From NCBI GenBank assembly GCA_005222975.1, contig NJBI01000020.1, positions 1 to 51,335 of the forward strand: a DNA stretch of 51,335 nucleotides, given 5' to 3'. This DNA is from Promethearchaeota archaeon Loki_b31. Its GTDB lineage: Archaea > Asgardarchaeota > Lokiarchaeia > Sigyniarchaeales > SOKP01. Below the pieces are notes generated by a model. It saw only the letters and a list, made by a program, of their open reading frames with translations, ran no database searches and had not been told where the DNA came from. Each line of letters opens with the position of its first letter. Within the stretch, counting starts at the first letter, position 1. This document shows, piece after piece, positions 38,881-47,925 of this stretch. Position numbers and translations under genes: made by a program.

Positions 38881-40209
38881 TTGAAAAAGAAAGTCGAAGA
38901 AATTAGAAATATATTATTAGAACATCATGAATGGTTCCAAAAATCAATACCTCTGATTGCTTCTGAAAACATCACTAGCCCTGCTGTAGACGAAGCTTGT
39001 GCTTCCGATTTCTCACATCGATATGCAGAAGGATGGAGTGGGCAAAGAGTCTATGCAGGATGCAAATATATAGATCAAATCGAAGATATTTGCATGGAAC
39101 TTACAAAGGAATATTTTAGATGTATTCATGCTGATGTAAGGCCTATATCTGGCGTTGTCGCTAACTTAGCAATGTATAACGCATTTACTTCTGATAATAA
39201 TGGTAAAATGTGCTGTATGTCTATTGTTCGGGGAGGTCATATTTCTCATGGACCAAGATTCGCCAAAAGCGGAAGGGAAATTTTTGGTACGGCTGGAACA
39301 ACAAGGGGACTAAATATTGAATATTTAGCATTCAATAACGATGAAATGAATCTCGATATTGATGCTTCAGCTAAGATCATTCGGGAATTTAAACCCGAGT
39401 TAGTTTTATTTGGTGGTTCAGTTTTTCTATTCCCGCATCCCGTTAAAGAACTAGGTGATGTTGCAAAGGAGGTCGGAGCGTATGTTGGCTATGACGGTGC
39501 TCATGTTGCGGGATTAATTGGCTCGGGGTATTTTCAAGACCCTTTAAGAGAAGGAGCTGATGCTATGACTTTTAGTACACATAAAACACTCCCAGGACCT
39601 CAACATGGAGCTTTAGTATCAAATAGGGAAGATTTAATTGAAACTTTAAGATCGTGTGCCTTTCCAGCCTTACTTTCTAATCACCACTTACATAACGTTG
39701 CTGGATTAGCTATAGCATTAGCAGAAATGTTAGAATTTGGTAAAGAATACCATAAAAACGTTATTGAAAACGCTAAAGCTTTAGGGCAAGCTTTATATGA
39801 AAGGGGTATAAATGTACTTATGGAACATAAAGGTTTCACGGAATCCCATCAAATAGTTGTTGATATATCTAATTTTGAGAAAACCATTGGGCTCGGGGGT
39901 GCGATAGAAGCATTACTTGAATCTACTAACATCATTTTAAACAGAAACCTATTACCCAGGGATTTAGCTGAGGGAAGACATTATCAGGATCCGGGAGGCT
40001 TAAGATTGGGGACTTCTGAGGTCACACGGCTTGGAATGGGCAAAAGTGAGATGGTAGATATCGCTGAGTTTATCAAGAAAATCTTAATAGATAAAGCGGA
40101 TCCAAAGAAAGTTAAACAGGAAGTAATAGAATTCAAAAAGAATTTTCAAGAAATTAAATATTGTTTCCAAACCCCTAATAAAGCATATGAGTATTTGAAA
40201 TTTTACTAA
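38881..40209 (+). CDS. glyA: Serine hydroxymethyltransferase
   Basis: LIASEN, RYAEG..Y.G, GGHISH, YDGAHVAGL, STHKTLPGPQ, ESHQ, GLRLGT. Confidence 0.96.
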   Translation: MKKKVEEIRNILLEHHEWFQKSIPLIASENITSPAVDEACASDFSHRYAEGWSGQRVYAGCKYIDQIEDICMELTKEYFRCIHADVRPISGVVANLAMYNAFTSDNNGKMCCMSIVRGGHISHGPRFAKSGREIFGTAGTTRGLNIEYLAFNNDEMNLDIDASAKIIREFKPELVLFGGSVFLFPHPVKELGDVAKEVGAYVGYDGAHVAGLIGSGYFQDPLREGADAMTFSTHKTLPGPQHGALVSNREDLIETLRSCAFPALLSNHHLHNVAGLAIALAEMLEFGKEYHKNVIENAKALGQALYERGINVLMEHKGFTESHQIVVDISNFEKTIGLGGAIEALLESTNIILNRNLLPRDLAEGRHYQDPGGLRLGTSEVTRLGMGKSEMVDIAEFIKKILIDKADPKKVKQEVIEFKKNFQEIKYCFQTPNKAYEYLKFY

Positions 40210-40410
40210 TTATTTTTTTTATTTTATAAATGTTTGATTAATCAAGACTTAATTCCATTTCTTTGTCTAAATTCCCCGAGTATTAGTCTATTATCATTTT
40301 AATAACTTTTTGATCTTAAATTTCTAAACATATATTTCGGTATACGAAAATATTTATAAAGCTATTTAAAATAATATAACTTATAATGAAAACCTGTTTA
40401 TAATGAAATT

Positions 40411-41394
40411 ATGATCTCTAATCAACAAGATAATATTGAAGATTATTATATTTGGACAAATAAACTCACAAAAGTTTATGGAACTGGTACAAAAAAAATA
40501 CTAGCAGTAGATGGAATTGATTTTACAATGAAATCAGGAGTTCATGGATTTTTAGGTCCAAATGGTGCTGGAAAGACATCAACAATTAACATGTTAATTG
40601 GAGCCATTTCAATTACAGAAGGAGATGCTTTCTTGAAGGGTAAAAAGGCTGGTACTAAAAAAGCTAGAAAATTTATTGGATTTCTTCCTCAAGATCCTGC
40701 TTTTTATGAAAAACTTTCGGGATTAGAATATCTAATTTTTTTAGCACGTTTGAATTCGATTCCTAAAAACATTGCAAAACAAAAAGCTTTAAATTTACTG
40801 AAATTTTTTGATTTGATGGAAGACAAGGATAGGAAAATCAAGACTTATTCTATGGGCATGAAACAGAAAATTGGATTAGCAGCTGGATTAATACATAGTC
40901 CTAAACTCTTAATTTTAGATGAACCTACTAGCAACTTAGACCCTCTCGTAAGAAAAAAAATTATTGATTATGTGAGGAAAATCTCAAAAGATATGAGTAT
41001 TTTTATTTCAAGTCATGTACTTTCTGAAGTCGAACAAATGTGTGATAGAGTCACCATCATCAATAAGGGGAAGATCATATTAACTGATACTGTACAAAAT
41101 ATTAAAAAGTGGTTTTCTAGTTCTACTAATCTCTATATAATTGATACGAATTCTAATGAGACATTCCTATCCGTGATTAAAGGATTAGAAATGATTACAA
41201 ATGCTTGGATTGATGAAAAAGAAAAAAAAGTTTATATCAATACTAATGATGTCAAACAATTTCAAAAGGAAATACCAAAATTAATTATCGATAAGGAATT
41301 AATTCTAAAATCTTTTTATCAACCCGAATCAAGTCTTCAAGATGTATTTTTGGAAATTATAAATAAGGACGAGGGAAAACGTAATGGGTTATAA
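40411..41394 (+). CDS. ABC-2 type transporter ATP-binding subunit
   Basis: GPNGAGKTS, YSMGMKQK, ILDEPT, SSH. Confidence 0.93.
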   Translation: MISNQQDNIEDYYIWTNKLTKVYGTGTKKILAVDGIDFTMKSGVHGFLGPNGAGKTSTINMLIGAISITEGDAFLKGKKAGTKKARKFIGFLPQDPAFYEKLSGLEYLIFLARLNSIPKNIAKQKALNLLKFFDLMEDKDRKIKTYSMGMKQKIGLAAGLIHSPKLLILDEPTSNLDPLVRKKIIDYVRKISKDMSIFISSHVLSEVEQMCDRVTIINKGKIILTDTVQNIKKWFSSSTNLYIIDTNSNETFLSVIKGLEMITNAWIDEKEKKVYINTNDVKQFQKEIPKLIIDKELILKSFYQPESSLQDVFLEIINKDEGKRNGL

Positions 41395-42382
41395 AATTAT
41401 AAGATCTGAAATGGGGGAAGAAACAACGAATAATGTAAATATGAAGGGCGAGAAATCTGGTGTAATAATGAATTTAACAACAACAGCAGTTATTCTTTTT
41501 AAAAAAACATTATTTAAAGACATGTTTAAAATTCCTAAAGTACTCGTTTCTATCACTCTCATGGCTTTTGGTCCTTTAATGGCTATTCTTGCTATTCCTA
41601 CAGGTATTGAGTTTTATAACAATTCATTAAATGATTATCTTGGTTTAACTTATAGTTTTTACACATACTGTATGATGTTTCCAATTATACTTACTGTTGT
41701 TGGTGCTCCCCTTATTGCAGAAGAGTTGAAATCTGGAACAATGTTAACACTCATAAGTAAACCAATTTCAAGAGGAGGAATTTTGATCACAAAATATCTA
41801 GCACTTACTTGTTTCGGGTTTTTAATAAATATAGCATCGTTATCTCTAATAACATTAATCGCTCCATTGAAATACACCTTTGAGGGTGTAGCAGATTTCT
41901 TCGTTATAAATCTACTCTTTTCTCTAATAGTTCAGTTCTTCTTTCAGAGCATCGCATTTAGTTTTTCCTGTTTATTTAAAAAGACACGAAATGCAATATT
42001 AATGCCTTTATTGATTATTATCTTTACTTTTTTTGTATTAATGTCTTTTCGACCACTATTTATGTATATATACTTGGGTGATAGTGAAGTTCCAATATAT
42101 ATCCAATTTCAATTGTTCCATTTTGATTTAGGCTATCACCTGTTTAATGCGTATATAGGGGTTATGAATATCATTTCAGGGGGGGTTTCTGAGAACATGA
42201 TGTATTTCCTTTACATGTTTGGTTTATATACTCAAAAAATTGATTATGACACGTGGGAGATCACTTTTACTCGCAATGATTTTTATTCACCTTTAGGATC
42301 CTTAATTTTTCTACTCTCAATAGCTATTGGGTTGATGTTTTTAGGATATTTCCTCTTTAAAAAGCGAGATATCTCGAGATAA
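41384..42382 (+). CDS. ABC-2 type transporter permease
   Basis: IAEELKSGTMLTLISKPISR..KY; multiple TM segments; C-terminal FKKRDI. Confidence 0.9.
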   Translation: MGYKIIRSEMGEETTNNVNMKGEKSGVIMNLTTTAVILFKKTLFKDMFKIPKVLVSITLMAFGPLMAILAIPTGIEFYNNSLNDYLGLTYSFYTYCMMFPIILTVVGAPLIAEELKSGTMLTLISKPISRGGILITKYLALTCFGFLINIASLSLITLIAPLKYTFEGVADFFVINLLFSLIVQFFFQSIAFSFSCLFKKTRNAILMPLLIIIFTFFVLMSFRPLFMYIYLGDSEVPIYIQFQLFHFDLGYHLFNAYIGVMNIISGGVSENMMYFLYMFGLYTQKIDYDTWEITFTRNDFYSPLGSLIFLLSIAIGLMFLGYFLFKKRDISR

Positions 42383-42400
42383 TAATTTTTTCTTATTTTA

Positions 42401-42565
42401 AGTGAGATGGAGAATGTCGCTGAATTCTTCAAAAAGTTGTTAATTGACAAAAAGGATCCTAAGAAAGTTAAACAAGATGTATTGGAGTTTAGAAAAGATT
42501 TTCAAGAAATTAAGTATTGTTTTCAATCTCAAAATAAAGCGCATGAATACATGAAATTTTTTTAA
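42401..42565 (+). pseudogene. glyA: Orphan diverged duplicate of the last 54 codons of glyA
   Basis: Translates SEMENVAEFFKKLLIDKKDPKKVKQDVLEFRKDFQEIKYCFQSQNKAHEYMKFF*, versus glyA 40045-40209 SEMVDIAEFIKKILIDKADPKKVKQEVIEFKKNFQEIKYCFQTPNKAYEYLKFY*. Confidence 0.92.
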
Positions 42566-42669
42566 TTCTTTTTTTTACTTTTTTGAGCTTAAATAGTAAA
42601 ATTTATCTTAAATTACACATTTCAACAAGTATTTATACAATATTTACAAAAGTATGAGATGTAAGTACT

Positions 42670-43509
42670 ATGAGCCCTCTAAAACTCGATGTTCTTAAAA
42701 AAAGTGAACATAAAATAGTATTTGTAATAGAAGGTATTTCTATTGAAATGATTAATTCTATACGGCGAATAATACTAACTGAGATTCCTGTTATGGCAAT
42801 TGATGAAATAATCATCTTAAAAAATGATAGTCCGCTTTACGACGAGATTATTTCTCATCGGCTGGGTTTAATTCCTCTGAAAACAGATTTAGATGCATAT
42901 AAGCTACCTCACGAGTGCGAGTGTTTAGGATATGGATGTCCCTTATGCCAGGTCTCTTTAACATGCGAAATTACAAATACTACTAATGCGTTATTAGATA
43001 TTTACTCGGGTGATTTAAAGTCAAACGACCCTAAGATCGTACCAGTTGATCCATACATCCCAATTGTCAAGATTGATAAGAACGCTAAAATCATTATTGA
43101 AGCTTACGCAATCTTAGGTTTCGCTAAAAACCACGCAAAGTGGCAAGTTGTATCAAATGTGGCTTACAGACATTATCCCATAGTTGAGTTTGATGCAAAT
43201 AAGCTTAAAGACCCAGAGGAGAAAAAATTAATAGTTAAAATGTGCCCCGAAAAGCTATTTGAATTAATTAACAATGATTCTTTAAAAATAAAAGAGGATT
43301 ATTGGAAATCTTGCACTTTATGTATGTCTTGTGAGAAAAATAGTAATGGCAAAATTAAAGTAGTTCCAAAGAAAGGTACATATATCTTTTCAATAGAGAG
43401 CGATGGTGTTTTACCTTTTGATGTGTTAATCAGAAAGATTTTCGAGATTTTTAACGAAAAAATTGATGAATTTGTTATAAAATTAGAGGAACTTGAGATA
43501 GAATCATAG
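42670..43509 (+). CDS. rpoD: DNA-directed RNA polymerase subunit D (Rpo3)
   Basis: NSIRR..EIP.MAID, NDS.LYDEIISHRLGLIPL, YSGDL, HAKW, Fe-S CP..CTLCMSC. Confidence 0.96.
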   Translation: MSPLKLDVLKKSEHKIVFVIEGISIEMINSIRRIILTEIPVMAIDEIIILKNDSPLYDEIISHRLGLIPLKTDLDAYKLPHECECLGYGCPLCQVSLTCEITNTTNALLDIYSGDLKSNDPKIVPVDPYIPIVKIDKNAKIIIEAYAILGFAKNHAKWQVVSNVAYRHYPIVEFDANKLKDPEEKKLIVKMCPEKLFELINNDSLKIKEDYWKSCTLCMSCEKNSNGKIKVVPKKGTYIFSIESDGVLPFDVLIRKIFEIFNEKIDEFVIKLEELEIES

Positions 43510-43710
43510 TCAATCAAGAATTTATTAAGATATCATAAATGTTACAGATTTTATTTAAATAACTTTCTAATTATTTTTTACTTATTTTGATGTCGCATGT
43601 GTAATCATCTAAGCACTAATGGAAAAGACTTTCAAACAAATCGATAAAATATTTAAGTTTTGAGCAATTTTCAAGATTAATATTCTAAAATTTCAATAAT
43701 TGAGCACAAA

Positions 43711-44067
43711 ATGAGTCATCGTATAAGCGGCCCTTCAAATTATTATGTAAGAAGGCTAATTCGTGATTTATGGAAGACAAAAAGGCGAATTTGGAAAAAG
43801 GTCTCAAAAAAGCTATCAGGACCTAGGAGTAATAGAGTAGAAGCAAATCTCTACCGAATCAATAAAAAAACTAAAGAAAATGATGTTATAGTTGTTCCAG
43901 GTAAGGTATTGTCACTTGGCGATTTAGACCATAAATTAACTATTGCGTGTTTAGATTGTTCTACGCCTGCTCGAAAAAAAATTGAAATTTCAGGGAGCAA
44001 ACTCTTGTCAATTGAAGAATTGCTTGAACAAAATCCTGAAGGAAAAGAAGTAAAGGTATTTTACTGA
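43711..44067 (+). CDS. rpl18e: 50S ribosomal protein L18e
   Basis: IWK.V..L..PR..R.E.NL..IN, VVPGKVL..G, SIEEL..NP.G. Confidence 0.95.
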   Translation: MSHRISGPSNYYVRRLIRDLWKTKRRIWKKVSKKLSGPRSNRVEANLYRINKKTKENDVIVVPGKVLSLGDLDHKLTIACLDCSTPARKKIEISGSKLLSIEELLEQNPEGKEVKVFY

Positions 44068-44091
44068 TATTTAAAAACGAGAGAGATTTAA

Positions 44092-44562
44092 ATGCAAGAA
44101 TATCTGTTAATAGACGCGAAAAACAAGATTTTAGGAAGGTTTTGTAGTCAGGTAGCTAAGAAAGCGCTATTAGGTGAGGCAATTGTTATAATTAATGCTA
44201 AAGAAGCAATAATTAGTGGTACTAAACGAAATATTCATGAAAAATATTTATCTAAGCTCAACATTAGCACTGCTACGAATCCTAGAAGAGGACCCTTCTG
44301 GCCAAGGCGACCTGATACTTTCATGAGAAATATAATTAAAAAAATGCTCCCAACAAAGAAAATCCGAGGTAAAGACGCTCTTAAAAGGGTTCATGTATAT
44401 ATCGGAGCTATTCCACACCGCTTCCAGAACAGATATCAAAAGTTAATTCCTACAGAGATACCTAATGCGGATAAGCAAAGACTCTCGTACTATAACAAAT
44501 TTATTACCTTAGAAAACCTTTGTTCTCGAATTGGATGGAAAAATACACAAATTGAGGCTTAA
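44092..44562 (+). CDS. rpl13: 50S ribosomal protein uL13
   Basis: IDA..ILGR..S.VAK..L.GE, NPRRGPFWPRRPD, MLP.K..RG. Confidence 0.95.
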   Translation: MQEYLLIDAKNKILGRFCSQVAKKALLGEAIVIINAKEAIISGTKRNIHEKYLSKLNISTATNPRRGPFWPRRPDTFMRNIIKKMLPTKKIRGKDALKRVHVYIGAIPHRFQNRYQKLIPTEIPNADKQRLSYYNKFITLENLCSRIGWKNTQIEA

Positions 44563-44567
44563 ATACC

Positions 44568-44984
44568 ATGTCTGAAAGAATAAAAATAATTCAATCTTCG
44601 GGTAAAAGAAAAACGGCGATTGCTCGAGCCGTATTAAAATATCCTGCGAAAGGACAGATTAGAATTAACAACATCCCATTAAAAAATTATGAACCTGATA
44701 TTGCTAGAATGAGAATCCAAGAAGTTTTCGAAGTTATCGATCATCCCAAATTAGAAAAATGTGATATCACTATACGCGTAAAAGGTGGTGGGACAATGGG
44801 TCAAACAGATGCCGTCCGTATTGCTATTGCTAAATCCATAAATAAATTTATTGGAACAAAAACTATTGAAAAATCATTTAGAGAGTATGACGAATCTTTA
44901 CTCTCTGGAGATTCAAGACGAACAGAACCAAAACATTTTGGAGGAAAAAAAGCTCGCGCTCGAAGGCAAAAATCTTTTAGATAA
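44568..44984 (+). CDS. rps9: 30S ribosomal protein uS9
   Basis: GKRKTAIARA, VKGGG.MGQ, D.RRTEPKHFGG.KARARRQKSFR. Confidence 0.96.
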   Translation: MSERIKIIQSSGKRKTAIARAVLKYPAKGQIRINNIPLKNYEPDIARMRIQEVFEVIDHPKLEKCDITIRVKGGGTMGQTDAVRIAIAKSINKFIGTKTIEKSFREYDESLLSGDSRRTEPKHFGGKKARARRQKSFR

Positions 44985-45004
44985 TTTAGAATTCGTTTTA
45001 TATT

Positions 45005-46327
45005 TTATTTTAATTCTACTTTTGCTCCTAAGTTTTTAATATCTTCAATAAAATTTGGATAAGAATCCTTCACAATTTCGATATCCACTATCTGAGAAAA
45101 GTCTTCAGCATATAAACACGCAACGGTAAACGCCATAGCAACTCTGTGATCGTTTTCGTGATTTATGTTAGCACCTTTTAAGTTATCACAATGATATATA
45201 GTAAGTTTATCTTCTTTTTCTTCTACTGCAACTCCCATTTTACCTAATTCTCTAGCAATTATTAATATTCTATCGCTTTCTTTATCTCTTAGACTTAAAG
45301 CATTATATAATTCAGTCTTACCATTAGCAAATGCGCCAATAATTGATAATATGGGGAATAAGTCGGGATTTTCGCGGATATCAATGTCCAAACCAATTAA
45401 TGGATATTTTTTTAGATTGCCATTAACAGTAATAGAATTTTTTTCTCGGTTAACTTCGATATTTGCTCCCATCTCTTGTAAAATCTTAATTATTTTTTGA
45501 TCCCCTTGAGGTTTGTCAAAATTAAGATTGGTTATAATGATCTTAGAGTCTTCGGGAGACAGTATAGCCGCAGCTATAATAAAAGAAATTGAAGAAAAAT
45601 CACCAGGTATTTCGTAAGTTTGGGCTCTATATTTCTGCCCACATGTGATTAAGTATTTACCAACTTTCAGTTCGTCTAAACTTTCTTGAATGTTAATTCC
45701 AAATGAGTTTAAAACATCTAAGGTTATATTTATATATGGATAGGAAATAAGAGGAGATGTAATTTCAACTGTAATAAGATCAGTTTCTTTACAAATTAAC
45801 AATGGGCACACCATCAATAGAGCTGAAACAAACTGAGAACTAATATCTCCTTGAATTTCTATTGTACTACATTTTTTACTTTTTCGCTTGATAGTTAATG
45901 TCTCTTCAGTTAAGTCGTAGCTACCGCCAATATTTTCCAAAGCATTTAATAATGGAAGAAGTGGTCTCTTTCTTTTAATAAATTCACCCGAAAAAGAAAG
46001 ACCCCCTTTAATCATCATAGCTAACGCGCTAAATATCCTAATAGAAGTGCCTGAATTTTTGCAGTCGAATAATGGATTAATTTGTTTAATTAAACCTTCA
46101 TATTTCTTAACTATGTATGTATTTTTTGATACTTTCGTAATTCTATGGCCCAAAGACTTTAAAAAATCTATAGTAACCTTAACATCACCAGAAGTTAAAG
46201 GGTTTTTAATTATTGATACTCCTTCAGCAAGGCTCGCAGCTATAAAAGCACGATGAGAATAGCTTTTAGAAGGTGGCGCAATAATTTCACCTTGAAGTCT
46301 CGTTGTAGGGGATATTCGAAGTTTCAT
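45005..46327 (-). CDS. aroA: 3-phosphoshikimate 1-carboxyvinyltransferase
   Basis: PPSKSYSHR, NSGTSIR, SSQFVSALL, PGDFSS, RDKESDR, DHRVAMA, SYPNF. Confidence 0.96.
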   Translation of the reverse strand: MKLRISPTTRLQGEIIAPPSKSYSHRAFIAASLAEGVSIIKNPLTSGDVKVTIDFLKSLGHRITKVSKNTYIVKKYEGLIKQINPLFDCKNSGTSIRIFSALAMMIKGGLSFSGEFIKRKRPLLPLLNALENIGGSYDLTEETLTIKRKSKKCSTIEIQGDISSQFVSALLMVCPLLICKETDLITVEITSPLISYPYINITLDVLNSFGINIQESLDELKVGKYLITCGQKYRAQTYEIPGDFSSISFIIAAAILSPEDSKIIITNLNFDKPQGDQKIIKILQEMGANIEVNREKNSITVNGNLKKYPLIGLDIDIRENPDLFPILSIIGAFANGKTELYNALSLRDKESDRILIIARELGKMGVAVEEKEDKLTIYHCDNLKGANINHENDHRVAMAFTVACLYAEDFSQIVDIEIVKDSYPNFIEDIKNLGAKVELK

Positions 46328-46366
46328 TTGGGATATTTCAACATTTAAAACTATTAGTTATAACTT

Positions 46367-46484
46367 CATTTTTTTGAAAGGTGTACTCCTTTTAGAGCTC
46401 TAACCGAAGTAAAGACCCATTATTTTTAAAATTTTATATTGCTGCTATTTTTTAGGGGTCCAACTTTGAGGAATCTTGTCAAAT
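46367..46484 (-). ncRNA. Putative TnpB omegaRNA scaffold, distal copy B
   Basis: Homologous to 46517-46644, including a non-coding echo of the tnpB 3' coding end. The 55-nt core differs at 2 positions. Confidence 0.65.
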
Positions 46485-46516
46485 TATTAAAAAAATAAAA
46501 GAAAACCTCGATTATG

Positions 46517-46644
46517 CATTTTTTTGAAAGGTGCACTCCTTTTAGAGCTCTAACCGAAGTAAAGAGCCATTTATTTGTTTATTTTACGTTACTGCTATTC
46601 TTTCTGGTGGAATAAGCATCCAAATTTGAGGAATATTGTCAAAT
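46517..46644 (-). ncRNA. Putative TnpB omegaRNA scaffold, proximal copy A (overlaps tnpB 3' end)
   Basis: Minus-strand hairpins GCUCU-UU-AC-UUCG-GU-U-AGAGC and AAAGG-AGUGCA-CCUUU directly after the tnpB stop. Confidence 0.65.
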
Positions 46645-47411
46645 AACGATTGTGCTCCCTTTCTTCCGATGTTAAAAGCACCATTAATATCTGAATGAAT
46701 GTATTTTTTAGATTTATACGAATAAAATTGACCGTAATGCATATGAGACTTTCCGTCTTTTCCTTGAATAGAGGGGTTTCGAACTCCATCGTAGTTTAAA
46801 TGAAATTCAATCGATTCCTTATCGAGAGCTGAACATTTTGAAGTATAACTCTCCTCCTGAACGATAACATCAATTCCGAGCAAAATTGCTTTATATTTAA
46901 TAGATTCAATTAATTTATAAAATGGAAGGGGGATAAATCTACGATTGACGGCTTTATTTAGTTTTGAACGAGTTTTCCAACCTTCGTTGTATCCTATTAT
47001 GATTGTTCCAACATTTTTTTTTTTACATAAATCGATTACGTAACGAGACATTTTATGGGTGGCGTCTCTGGTTTTATTTCTGTAAATTTTAAACAATCCA
47101 TCCAAAATCGTCTGGTTTTTTCGTTGTAAGTCTTTTACGAGTTGAAAGTGCGTGTTCTCAAGTTCTTTTTTTAAATCGTTTTCCAGATCTTTACAAATAT
47201 CTTGTTTTCTATTAAGTTCCCTTTTCTCGTAGAAAAGATAATCTTTAATCGTTTCTATATCAGACAATTTTTTTAAATAATTAAACAAACTTTTTAGCTT
47301 TTTATTTTCACCATATTTATTCTTAAATTGATTATACGTCATTGTAGGGTTATTCAATACAATATCAGCCACATTTTTTTTCCATTGGAAGTTTTTAAGA
47401 TATTTTTGAGA
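46584..47411 (-). pseudogene. tnpB: TnpB-family endonuclease, 5'-truncated, with a long helical insertion
   Basis: RDATHKMSRYVID, IIIGYNEGWK, YKAILLGI, EESYTSKCSALD, HSDINGAFNI. The frame opens at 47411 and has no RuvC-I D motif. Confidence 0.88.
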
Positions 47412-47424
47412 TTAATTAAAAGAA

Positions 47425-47925
47425 GTGATTATCATAACCATCATAACAATTTTATACTTACCTGAAGGATTAGTACTAGGATCAGATACTCAATCGACTA
47501 TATTTGTTAAAGGCAATCCCGTCAATTCATTTAAAAACAGTCAGAAAATTTTCAATATCTCAATTGAAAACGGTAAATATAATTATGCGTTATCTCAATC
47601 TGGAAATGCAATACCTGGAATAAAACCTTTGATTACTCACATATATTCAATTAGAGAATTGTTATCTCTTAACGGGTATTCTGATGATGTTTTTAAATCA
47701 ATAGACAAAGTTTCAGACAAAATAATTGAATACTTTAAAAAATTCAAAAAAGCTGATCTCTTTGGTCTTTTTTTCTATTTTAGTGGTTTCGATTATGAAG
47801 ATAACAAAATTATTCCATGTGTTTATTCTATTAAATTTTTTAAAGATAAAAATGGAGAATTAGAAGTTAAAAAGAAGCTCGTAGCAAGACCGGAGGAAAG
47901 AAAGAATTTAAGAATTAGTAATTAA
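47425..47925 (+). CDS. Putative Ntn-hydrolase (proteasome-beta/HslV-like fold) protein
   Basis: N-terminal TIITIL..PEGLVLGSDTQST..QKIF..SG pattern and later FYFSGFD..P.VY resemble beta-subunit strands. Inference only. Confidence 0.5.
   Translation: MIIITIITILYLPEGLVLGSDTQSTIFVKGNPVNSFKNSQKIFNISIENGKYNYALSQSGNAIPGIKPLITHIYSIRELLSLNGYSDDVFKSIDKVSDKIIEYFKKFKKADLFGLFFYFSGFDYEDNKIIPCVYSIKFFKDKNGELEVKKKLVARPEERKNLRISN

Noticed and set aside
40381-40408. 11-bp direct repeat TTATAATGAAA upstream of the ABC cassette
   Set aside because: Could be an operator, but it is short and AT-only, and no regulator is linked.
46367-46571. Canonical CRISPR array
   Set aside because: Only two units, homology extends over ~120 nt into tnpB coding sequence, and no cas genes are present; better explained as a duplicated omegaRNA or element end.
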